Positions 45,785-57,800 of a stretch of DNA of 64,000 bases are shown here, piece after piece. Positions within the stretch are counted from its first letter, which is position 1; every line of letters starts with the position of its first letter. The translations under genes and the position numbers were made by a program. The notes beneath the pieces are model-generated. The model was not told the DNA's origin, made no database searches, and worked only from the letters and a program-made list of their open reading frames with translations. This stretch comes from Callorhinchus milii (taxonomy: Eukaryota): positions 8,370,001-8,434,000 of the forward strand of contig NW_024704751.1 in NCBI RefSeq assembly GCF_018977255.1, in the 5' to 3' direction.

Positions 45785-48700
45785 ATGTTTGCAGACACAT
45801 TGCTTCCCACCCTAAGGTTTCTCAGGGCCAACTGGAGCTATCTGGTTTTAATCCTGACGCCTATTATACTTTTGCCTTTACCCCTCCTGATACCGAGCAA
45901 GGTGAGATCTTTAACATACTTTACTTCTACTCTAGTTATATACCCGTCCTCTGACAACCCCCCCCCCCCCCCCCCCCCACCCCAATAGATCCATCCTACC
46001 TTCTTCTGCATCCATTGCACTCAGCCTCCAGGTGGAAGAGAGTTTAGTGGAAATCCAATGGAAATCCACAACAGCTCAATCAGTGTCTGCAGCAAACAAA
46101 CTGGTTGATGTTTGGGGGTTGACCCTTCAATCAGAATTGGAGTTGGGGCAGAGGTGCCAGACATAGAACCTCAGTGGGTGCCCAGTACAGGAAGTTTGAG
46201 CTGATTCACTTTATCTTCTCCTTTGTCTCCTCCAGACCCTCCTCGTCAACCACGCTTTCGGTCACCCTCCTATACCCCTACCCTCCCTGCTGTCCACCCT
46301 TCCTGATCCCAGTCCCAACCCCCAGCTCGGGTCCAAATCCTTGACTGTCCAACGCCTTGGGACTTCTTCCTGATGTGATGTTGTTGTTACAGATAGCGAC
46401 TTGTGGATACACCATTCTCCTCATGGCTGTGTTCTGGAGCACGGAAGTCATTCCTTTGGGCATCACATCGCTCATTCCCATAGTCCTCATCCCAATGTTT
46501 GGAATCATGACAACTGAAAAAGTGAGCAAGGTTCAGCCTAGTCAATCATCACGTCACAAATACCTCTCGACGCACACAGGCAGTGACAAAACATAAACAT
46601 TCACATCATTACTATTGTGTTGGCTTCACCACAATCGACAGGGCTTTCTGTCCAATGCCTACCATCTACATTCATGATGGCAGAGCTTCATTGGATAAGT
46701 AAGCACAGCACATCTGCTTTAACATTAGTCTTGAAAGATAAGAGATTGTATTGTGGGAGAAACGCCAGTAAATGGTGAGACACCTTAAGTTATAACATTT
46801 AGAATTATCTGACATTTCATTATCCGACAATTTCACCCACAAAATATACAACCAATTCACTCTACAGTATATGCTGTAAAGGCACTATATCAAGTATTAT
46901 TATTGTTGGTTCAGATGGACATTCTTTACCCTACATAACACAGCAAATACACAGCTGGCAGCCTCAGTAACACAGTCACACCAATGAAATGCTACCATGT
47001 GGTTCTTTGTGTTCTAGGTGGCTTTGCAGTACATGAAGGATACGACCATACTCTTTGTTGGCGGTTTAATGGTAGCTATCGCCATTGAAGAATGGAACCT
47101 CCACAAACGTATTGCATTGAAGGTGCTCTTGTATGTTGGAGTCAGGCCGGCTTGGTAACAATGACTTACATTGATATAGCGCCCTTCACGCGCATTAGTG
47201 TGCTAGAGCACTTGACAGTGGCGGTGTCTGACACTGAGCCAAGGGGAGAGTGAGGTGGTGGGGAGGTGACCCTAAGCATGATCAAAAAGGAAGGTCTTTA
47301 GGCGGGATTTGAAAGCAGCAAGGGAAGGGGCCAAGGCGGAAGGATTGAGGCAGAGAGTTTTACAGTTTCGGGGCGTAGGGACTGAAGGCACGGTCATCGA
47401 TGGTGGAGCAGAGGGGACGAGGGACAAACAGGAGGCCGGAACCAGCAGAGAAAAGTGAAAAGGCGCTGTATCAAATGCAAGGATTATTATTATTATGGGC
47501 AAACTGTTAAAGTTCTTGTTGCTCGCAGGTTAATAATGGGACTGATGGGGGTGACAGCATTCCTCTCAATGTGGATCAGCAACACGGCCACCACTGCAAT
47601 GATGGTCCCCATCGCACAAGCCGTGTTGGATCAGCTCAGTCTGAGCGAGGATAGGTTTGACGAGACAAGTCAAGAGGAGCTGCAAACAAAACAATCACTT
47701 AACCTGCTACCCGATGAAATACCAGTCTTGAAAATGTTTCCAGGTAACAGTCATAAAACAGCTTGCAAGACTTGTTTGACTTTGAAATGCATTTCTTCTT
47801 CTATAGTTTGCCCTCAATAACAACAATTTCATGCGGTGCCTTTCACGTCAGGAGGACTGGCACTAACAGGAGGAGGGAGGAAGTGGTTGGTGATGGAAAC
47901 AGAAGCCTCGGGATGCTCCGGGATGTAAGGGGCTCCGAGACACTATCCCGTGTGAAGGGTGTTGTACGAGTTCAGATTGTTTTTGTAGGGTTGACTTTGG
48001 CCTTCAGGATGATTGTGCAGCTACCAGTGTCCTGTCTGAGCTCCTATCAGTGGTTTCGTTATTTTCTGACACACTCACTCCACATTAAAATTGAAATGGA
48101 AATGTTTCAGCAGACAATGAAAAGGCAACCAGAGAGAGAAGGAATCTCTACAAGCTGGTCACTCTGTGCATCTGTTACTCCGCCAGCATCGGTGGCACAG
48201 CGACCCTGACCGGCACAGGACCCAACCTGGTGTTGGAGGGACAGTTTAACCAGTGAGTGCTGCCGTTTCTATTGCTCACACAGCTACTCTCAGTGGCTCA
48301 ATCTACGTGAAAGTGTTGAAGCTACCTAAACTCTATCCCAGGCTGTGAATTACTGCCCAAACTGTCCACTAACATTCTCTGCCCTGTGAGAATATTAGCT
48401 GAGGTTCTCACCCGCCTCCCATCAGAAATATTGCTCTCATTCCCTCTTGTGCTTCATTGTAAATAGTCAGAATCCAGAGCGCCCACTCTGGATAACATTA
48501 CTCTGTGATGCACACAGCCATTCTGTTATATAAATCCTAATAGAATACCGGTGCAGATAAAACCAGTATCAGGCTTAGAGTTGGTGGGTTAAACACTCCC
48601 TGACACCTTCACGTAAACACATGCATTTGTAGCCGAGATTCTTTGCATGTTCTCTTCATTTGTCTGATTCGAAGGATTTGGAACTTATGTTCTAATAAGG

Positions 48701-51700
48701 TAAACCCAATGAATCTCATTTTTTAGTCTCCTCTGCCTCTAATGCTTCTTTTAGTTGATCTCAACTGTCTTTCCGAAGCCTCCTGGATTCTCACTGCTTG
48801 TGTTCCTTGTCTATTTCTGTGTCTAACATATTTGTGTTTATTTAAAAAGGTTATTCCCAGAAAATGGGGGCGTAATTACTTTTAGTTCGTGGTTTGTGTA
48901 CGCTTTCCCCAACATGCTGATCATGCTGTTTCTCTGCTGGATATGGCTGCAGATATATTTTCTGGGATTTAAGTAAGTATCATATCTTATATAAATGTAA
49001 GTTGTTGTTATAATATTGAAAGAATGTTTTGTGGTTATGATTTGCATTTTTTGATATGTCCCTTTCCATTTTTCTTAGCTCCCCTAATCTCTTGTTTGAC
49101 CTCTTCTGTACAGTCTGGTTTGTATTCAGCCCAAGGGTCAATCTCTCCTTTCTCCCTACACACTTTATAAACCTTCCTTTTCTTCATCTCCCTTTGTATT
49201 TTACTATTTATCCAAGCTAAGGCTTAGGGACGCCGGAGTGTGTGTTGGGAGTTCTGCTGGAGTTTAACCAGCCCAAACCCTCGCCCCCCCTCCACCCCAA
49301 TCTTTTGGGCTTTGTCTTGCATGGTGAACAAGAGGAAAAATGGAAGAGTCCCTCCTTCCATGACTGGTCTGTCATCAGCAACCAAACTACTCAGACCACC
49401 ACAGAGACATGTCGCTATTCCGACATTCTATTGCCAAGCATATCTCTTTGAGCCTAGTTCAGCCTCAAGGAGACCAAATAGCTTATCTCTCCCCCAAGAA
49501 GGATAGCCACGAGTTAGTCAGTTGATATCTACCTCGGTTTGAGCCCTCATTAGCTGAATGGCAGCTTCCAGGAACTTCCTGTGAGCGATCTGGTGAACAG
49601 CACAGCTCAGCATGAAATGCCAAAGGGCACTGCCACCAGCCTCCTGGCACAGTTCAGACACATACCTTTCCTTCTACAATGTGTCATTACATAATATGGC
49701 AGTGGATAAAGCACCTTTCATGTCAGGAGAATATTTCAAAGAGCTTCATAGAGTTTACAGTGACTGTGTACTTTTGGGCAAATTGAAGTGCATTCTGAGA
49801 TGGATCTTGTTCCAACAGTTTCAAAATATTGTGGGGCTGTGGATCAGTGAAAACGTGGAAGGAGATAGCAGCCTACCAGGTCATCAAAGAGGAGTACAAG
49901 AAGTTGGGCAAGATGTCCTTTGCTGAAATCCTTGTTCTCATCCTCTTCATCTTCCTGGTGCTTCTGTGGTTCACTCGGAATCCTGGATTCATGCCTGGCT
50001 GGGCTACAGTGATCTTCGGCAAAAGCAAAAAGTAAGTTCTGTATTTTAATCCTCAAACAAATGAGCCAAACGTGGTGTTGGGTTGCATTAGCAGAGAGAT
50101 TAGCACACCCAACAAAATAAGTGGGGGGTTTTTAATTGAGAAAAACAACAACAAATTACATTTATGTAGCACCTTTCACGTCGGGAGGACAATGCAAGGC
50201 TGTGGACAGTCAGGGATTTGGAGAAGCCTGTATGGATGGTCATGAACATGGCCTGCATGAACAGCGGCTCTCCTCCTGCACCACTACTGAATGCCGAAAA
50301 GACAGAGGCTCTCCTGCTTGGCTCCCATCATTTGCCTACACCCCTCAGTCGCTGGTCACACCAAACTGCATGGATGGTCAATCCATCTGGCGCAGATACT
50401 GTGGAATCCCGGTGCTTGTTTGAGGTACTCCCTGCACTCAGCACTAGCGTGCTTCATGTCCCCTCTGATCCGCTTCACCATTGCTGGGCCAACTTTCAGG
50501 CATTCTGCTGGGTGAAGCGCTTTTTGAGATGTCCTCCTGACGTGAAAGGCGCCATATAAATGCAAATTGTTCTTCACAGTCCATTCTTCACTGCTTTTTT
50601 TCAGATATATTTCTGATGGTACAACCGTAATGTTCATTGCGCTCCTCATGTACATTCTGCCATCAAAGAGACCACGATTGGAAAGCTTGTTTAAAGACAA
50701 ATCCAGCACTGAGCAGCACATACAAGGTGTGTATCCAGGTTACGATCCTCCTCCCAGCAGTTGACACACACAGTACCTGTAACCAGTCTGTAAGGTTGCC
50801 CTGTTTGATGTGATAAGGCACAATACACTGCTGTGTGTAATTGGCTGCCGCATTTCACCCACAAAATACACAGTCAATCCACTTTTCCAGATATCCTGTG
50901 AAGCACTTTGAGATGTCTCAACGTGATAAGGCGCTATATCAAATGCAAGGATTATTATTATTATTAATAATAGAAATGTAAGTTAGGTCTTTCTCCCTCA
51001 TCAGCAGTGGAAGGCTAACCAGAAGTTATTAAAATGTCAACGTGTGATTTTCAAAGCTGGTTTATTGTTGTATTTCTTTATTAAATGCTGAACAGATGAA
51101 AAGCCTTCAACACTGTTGGATTGGGAAGTCGTACAACATAAACTGCCGTGGAATGTGATGCTGTTATTGGGAGGAGGCTTTGCCTTGGCAAAGAGCTGTG
51201 AGGTAATTGTAAATGCTTATCCGTCCACCTCCACAAGCAGAAATGGCTGCATGACACTTGCTCAGCGACACTTTGTGTGTAGTAACCCAAACAGTCCTGT
51301 CTAAAAGAGAACCCTCTACATCAAGATCTGAAAAAGAACTTGTTCGGGTGAACTCATTGATTGTATTTGAATCCAGTCTGGACTTCCAAAGAGCCATTTT
51401 ACAGGAGCTCAACCCTTTCTAATCCCAAAGCCAAATCTGTTCAACTTTCGGTCCCGATCTCCTCATTCAGTGAAAACCTTGTCTCACACAAATCAAACTC
51501 TCACCCATGGAGGTGGTTTTCCCATCTTCATAGATGATGACTAACTGATGTCAAGCAGTTGGGTTGGATTGGTCATTCTTCTTGTTGCATCCGGAGACAG
51601 GAGCCAGACAGATTTCCCACAGAATTAGAAGCTCTGACCCTGGTATTGTGACATGATTCTGTTCTACTTTCAGGCATCAGGTCTGTCCAAATGGTTGGGT

Positions 51701-52978
51701 AACCAGCTCAACCCACTGAAGACCATCCCACACTGGGGCATCGTGATTATATTATGCTTACTGATATCCATCTTTACAGAATTCACCAGCAACACTGCCA
51801 CTGCCACTCTCTTCCTCCCCATCCTGGCTTCACTGGTAAGCAGGGCCTCTTTTCATTTATTTCACAAGTTGTCTCTTGCTCAAGTCTACATCATATAAGA
51901 TGCATGGTAAGACGGAAACCATTCAGGGTTCAATGTGAGTTTTCCCAGTTCAATTTGTCTTCAATATAAGCGTTTAGGTGGGCTTTAAAGCGGTCACCTC
52001 TCCCTCTCCCTCGTTCAGTGTCCGACCTGCCACAGTACAGCACCTCAAGACGTGAGGAGCATTGTATAAATGTAAGTCATTGTCTCAAAGTAAAAGATAT
52101 CTGTTGATATCTGTTGCTAACTAATTTCTTTTCTGCTTATCATTCCAGGCTGTAAAGCTTAAGATCAACCCTCTGTATGTAATGATTCCTTGCACTGTAA
52201 CTGCTTCCTTTTCCTTCATGTTGCCTGTAGCAACTCCTCCCAATGCCATAGTTTTCACCTATGGGCACTTGACAGTCATGGACATGGTAAGTAGTACAAA
52301 GAGTTGCAAGTGAGAGGATCCGAGTTCGATTCCCGGGCAGGGTGAAACGTTAGGCAAGTTTCCTTACTCCACATGTCTCTGCTTACCTGACAGTAAATAA
52401 CAACTTGTTTGTTAGTTGATTGGCAGATCGCATTTCGGGGGTAATAACTCTTTTTTTAAAAAAAACGATGTGGTCACTCAATCCACGATCGTTTGTGGAC
52501 ACTGCTGTGCCCAATTGGCTGCTGCGTTTCGCCCACAAAATACACAGTCAATTCACTTTACAGTGTGTTCTGTGAAGCGCTTTGGGACGTCCTCCCGACG
52601 TGAAAAGCGCTATATCAAATGCAAGGATTATTATTATTATTATATTCTGTAAAGCACTTTGACATGTGTTGAAGCTGTGATAAGGCGCAAATGCAAGGAT
52701 TATTATTATTATTCATTGTTATTAAATGAGTTAATTCAGTATGATTCCTTAAAAGGACCACTTTTATTCTATGTTTGTGGTATGCCACTCCTTAGGAACT
52801 TTGACTTCACCTTTTAATTTGATAAATCTAATACTATCTTTTTCTTTTATAGGTTAAGGCTGGGTTCGTTATGAACCTGGTGGGAGTGGTTTGCGTTACT
52901 CTATCCGTCAATACCTGGGGTTGGATGTTTTTCAATATGGACCAATTTCCTGCCTGGGCAAACACTACAAATTTATGA
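45785..52978 (+). CDS. SLC13A5: SLC13A5-like Na+/citrate cotransporter, copy B, intact (575 aa)
   Basis: Exons 45785-45901, 46393-46521, 47018-47154, 47529-47743, 48114-48252, 48850-48972, 49819-50031, 50605-50726, 51096-51202, 51674-51835, 52149-52286, 52853-52978; 1728 nt open. Motifs [51 protein letters not shown]. Confidence 0.8.
52300..52715 (+). mobile_element. Long-subfamily SINE plus a second tail in the last intron (duplicated at ~61768-62185)
   Basis: B box gagttcgattccc, Deu-like core, (tta)n tails. Confidence 0.85.
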
Positions 52979-53399
52979 TGTGGCAAGCTGCTCAGAAAGT
53001 CACGTCCATACCTCGTATCAAACATTATTTGAGGTTACTTACACGCCAAGAACACTGAAGCCTGCCAATCAGAATATACCATATGTTCAATGAACTCCAG
53101 AAAACAAAAAACTCCACCAAACCAAGCTGTGAAACCCCTTCCCTCCTTCTACATTAGGGTCAATTATAGTACCTTACAACCTCTTCTATGTTATTCTTAA
53201 TGGTGATATCCTGCAGTCAGGCAATGTTGGCAGCAGTTATTGGAGTCCTGGTCCTTTCCCATTTATTGCTTATTTATTCTCATTAAAAGTGATTGTGGAA
53301 TGGTGTTTAATGGCAGTTCCTCAGTTATGATTATTAAATGTATGTCTGTCCAACTACTGGGATTTTAATGATTTTTAATATATTGATAAGTTGACTCCA

Positions 53400-53650
53400 C
53401 TCCCTACTCGAGTCTCCCCAATCCGAGTTCCGACCTGCCCACAGCACCAAGCCAGTGCGTGTCAAAGTTACAAATGACGTCCTCTCTCTGTGTGCCTCCC
53501 TCTGCCTCCTTGTCCTGCTGAACCTTTTCGCTGCTTTCAACAGTGTTGATCACGCCATCCTCCTCGACTGCCTCGCCTTCATCCACTTCAGTAGGATCGC
53601 ACTGTCCTGGTTCGAGTTCTATGTGAGCTACCGCCATCACTATGCCTCTG
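53400..53650 (+). mobile_element. L2 RT-domain relic in the copy B 3' region (duplicated at ~62867-63117)
   Basis: QSEFRPAHST..VKVTNDVL..LVLLNLFAAFNSVDHAILL resembles QSGFR..HSTETAL.KV.ND...LVLLDLSAAFDTVDH. Confidence 0.8.
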
Positions 53651-53742
53651 CAAAGATTCTGGAAGGGTTAATGGCCGGTATTCATTGTCAACCCACTGAC
53701 AGACACGATGTGCAATGAAGCAACAATAGGGACAATTGCAGT

Positions 53743-53748
53743 AATAAA
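53743..53748 (+). terminator. Candidate polyadenylation signal of copy B (63210-63215 for copy C)
   Basis: AATAAA with a downstream T/GT-rich tract; ATTAAA at 53282 is an alternative. Confidence 0.45.
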
Positions 53749-54827
53749 CTGAAAGAATTGTATTTATTTTGACTTTGAGTACACAGCAGGTTAAGCCTGA
53801 CATTGATTGTATAATTAGAATGTACAGTATACTGTACTAAACACACGTAGTGAACATACACCTGGCAGTGATGAGTTCTTGTGAAGGCATTCCTGCCAGT
53901 GAATGTCCACCCGAACTATAAAAAAAAGTGCTGGATATTAATAATAATAATAATATTCTTGCATTTCATACAGTGCCTGATCACATCTCTGAGATGCCTC
54001 AAAGTGATTCACAGAATATACCATATAGCGAATCGACTGTACATTTTGTAGGTGAAACACAATTGCACACAGCGATGTCCCACAAACAGTTGTGGATTGA
54101 ATGACCAAATTATTATTATGATTATCTTTTTTTAAGGGATTTTTATACACAGACTGAGGTGGTTTAATGGATAGTGAAGATCAGACTGTAAAAGGCATGT
54201 GGTTTGTGCTCTCTTCCTCTGTCTCAAAATCAGCCTGACTTGGGGACACTTTTAGCTCTAATTTTGACAGCAATATGTTGGTGTAAGAGGTTTTTTCAGT
54301 TAAATGAATCATCCCTTTAATTTTCTCCTAAAGTTAGCTCAAACGTGAAGCATTTGCTGCCTGGTTCAGAGGGGTTTGGTGTCAATGAAAATGAATACCA
54401 AGACATTGGTGGGGCTGGGGGTGTGGGGGGTGGGGGTCTGAGCTGTGGTTCAGCATGACACTGCCCAGCTATTTACATGCTCTGTTTGTCTCTCTGTGCG
54501 CTCAGCTCATGCGCTTTTGACGCATCAAGTCCCAGCTCATGGTATCAATGTGATGTCGGTCACAGCTGAGGTTGGGACAGACTGAGCTGGAGTTGGGAGG
54601 GGAATGATCAGCAAGAAGACAATCAGCAAAACAGATCCCCCTGGACAGTCCCCCTGATCTCCAGACCCAGGTTGTGAACACAGGACAGGAGAGTCGGGGC
54701 AAAAGCCCCCAATCCATCTCTGGGACACACTGGGCTGATAGGGACACCCGCACACACCAGGTTCTCCATCTCTTCACTGCTGAGACTCACGCTGTGTGTG
54801 TGTGAGTGTGTGAGTGAGTGAGTGGGA

Positions 54828-57800
54828 ATGTTTGCAGACACATTGCTTCCCACCCTAAGGTTTCTCAGGGCCAACTGGAGCTATCTGGTTTTAATCCTGA
54901 CGCCTATTATACTTTTGCCTTTACCCCTCCTGATACCGAGCAAGGTGAGATCTTTAACATACTTTACTTCTACTCTAGTTATATACCCGTCCTCTGACAA
55001 CCCCCCCCACCCCAATAGATCCATCCTACCTTCTTCTGCATCCATTGCACTCAGCCTCCAGGTGGAAGAGAGTTTAGTGGAAATCCAATGGAAATCCACA
55101 ACAGCTCAATCAGTGTCTGCAGCAAACAAACTGGTTGATGTTTGGGGGTTGAGCCTTCAATCAGAATTGGAGTTGGGGCAGAGGTGCCAGACACAGAACC
55201 TCAGTGGGTGCCCAGTACAGGAAGTTTGAGCTGATTCACTTTATCTTCTCCTTTGTCTCCTCCAGACCCTCCTCGTCAACCACGCTTTCGGTCACCCTCC
55301 TATACCCCTACCCTCCCTGCTGTCCACCCTTCCTGATCCCAGTCCCAACCCCCAGCTCGGGTCCAAATCCTTGACTGTCCAACGCCTTGGGACTTCTTCC
55401 TGATGTGATGTTGTTGTTACAGATAGCGACTTGTGGATACACCATTCTCCTCATGGCTGTGTTCTGGAGCACGGAAGTCATTCCTTTGGGCATCACATCG
55501 CTCATTCCCATAGTCCTCATCCCAATGTTTGGAATCATGCCAAATGAAAAAGTGAGCAAGGTTCAGCCTAGTCAATCATCACGTCACAAATACCTCTCGA
55601 CGCACACAGGCAGTGACAAAACATAAACATTCACATCATTACTATTGTGTTGGCTTCACCACAATCGACAGGGCTTTCTGTCCAATGCCTACCATCTACA
55701 TTCATGATGGCAGAGCTTCATTGGATAAGTAAGCACAGCACATCCGCTTTAACATTAGTCTTGAAAGATAAGAGATTGTATTGTGGGAGAGACGCCAGTA
55801 AATGGTGAGACACCTTAAGTTATAACATTTAGAATTATCTGACATTTCATTATCCGACAATTTCACCCACAAAATATACAACCAATTCACTCTACAGTAT
55901 ATGCTGTGAAGGCACTATATCAAGTATTATTATTGTTGGTTCAGATGGACATTCTTTACCCTATATAACACAGCAAATACACAGCTGGCAGCCTCAGTAA
56001 CACAGTCACACCAATGAAATGCTACCATGTGGTTCTTTGTGTTCTAGGTGGCTTTGCAGTACATGAAGGATACGACCATGCTCTTTGTTGGCGGTTTAAT
56101 GGTAGCTATCGCCATTGAAGAATGGAACCTCCACAAACGTATTGCATTGAGGGTGCTCTTGTATGTTGGAGTCAAGCCGGCTTGGTAACAATGACCTACA
56201 TTGATATAGCGCCCTTCACGCGCATTAGTGTGCTAGAGCACTTGACAGTGGCGGTGTCTGACACTGAGCCAAGGGGAGAGTGAGGTGGTGGGGAGGTGAC
56301 CCTAAGCATGATCAAAACGGAAGGTCTTTAGGCGGGATTTGAAAGCAGCAAGGGAAGGGGCCAAGGCGGAAGGATTGAGGCAGAGAGTTTTACAGTTTCG
56401 GGGCGTAGGGACTGAAGGCACGGTCATCGATGGTGGAGCAGAGGGGACGAGGGACAAACAGGAGGCCGGAACCAGAAGAGCGGAGACAGCGGGTGGAGGA
56501 GAGGGTTGGGGGTGTGTGAACAGATCGGAGAGGTAGGGAGATGCGAGGGCATGAAGGGATTTGAAAACGATTGAGAGGATCTTGAAATCGATCCTGGACT
56601 ACAATACATCCAGAAAGAGCTCCCTCTCTTTCGGAGTGTAGTAGCTGAGAATGAGAGGGAGCAGAAGGGAGAGCCTCTCTCAACCTCTTACATCTTGTGG
56701 GCTTGTGGAGTCCTGTAGCTTAGTGGTTAGAGCACTCGCTTTGGGCAAGTTTCCTTACTCCACACGCCTGATAATCCCTCCAAAAAAAATAATAATAAAA
56801 AATTGGTCACTTCAATCCACAACTGTTTGTGGGACACTGGTGTGTGCAATCGGCTGCAGCATTTTGCCCACAAATGTACAGTCAATTCACTTTACAGTCT
56901 ATTCTGAGAAGCACTTTGAGACGTCTAGAAGACGTGAAAAGCGCTGTATCAAATGCAAGGATTATTATTATTATTATAGGCAAATTGTTAAAGTTCTTGT
57001 TGCTCGCAGGTTAACACTGGGACTGATGGGGGTGACAGCATTCCTCTCCATGTGGATCAGCAACACGGCCACCACTGCAATGATGGTCCCCATCGCAAAA
57101 GCCGTGTTGGATCAGCTCAGTCTGAGCGAGGATAAGTTTGACCAGACAATTGAAGAGGAGTTGCAAACAAAACAATCACTTAACCTGCTACCCGATGAAA
57201 TACCAGTCTTGAAAATATTTCCAGGTAACAGTCATAAAACAGCTTGCAAGACTTGTTTGACATTGAAATGCATTTCTTCTTCTATAGTTTGTCCTCAATA
57301 ACAACAATTTCATGCGGTGCCTTTCACGTCAGGAGGACTGGCACTAACAGGAGGAGGGAGGAAGTGGTTGGTGATGGAAACAGAAGCCTCGGGATGCTCC
57401 GGGATGTAAGGGGATCCGAGACACTATCCCGTGTGAAGGGTGTTGTACGAGTTCAGATTGTTTTTGTAGGGTTGACTTTGGCCTTCAGGATGATTGTGCA
57501 GCTACCAGTGTCCTGTCTGAGCTCCTATCAGTGGTTTGGTTATTTTCTGACACACTCACTCCACGTTAAAATTGAAATGGGAATGTTTCAACAGATAATG
57601 AAAAGGCAACCAGAGCGAGAAGGAATCTCTACAAGCTGGTCACTCTGTGCATCTGTTACTCCGCCAGCATCGGTGGCACAGCGACCCTGACCGGCACAGG
57701 ACCCAACCTGGTGTTGGAGGGACAGTTTAACCAGTGAGTGCTGCCGTTTCTATTGCTCACACAGCTACTCTCAGTGGCTCAATCTACGTGAAAGTGTTGA

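Larger units (their letters stand above)
44913..53876 (+). repeat. Tandem segmental duplication, unit 1 (~8.96 kb, contains copy B)
   Basis: Homology to unit 2 starts at tcttgtgaag(g)cattcctgccagtgaatg (44913 vs 53877). Confidence 0.92.
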
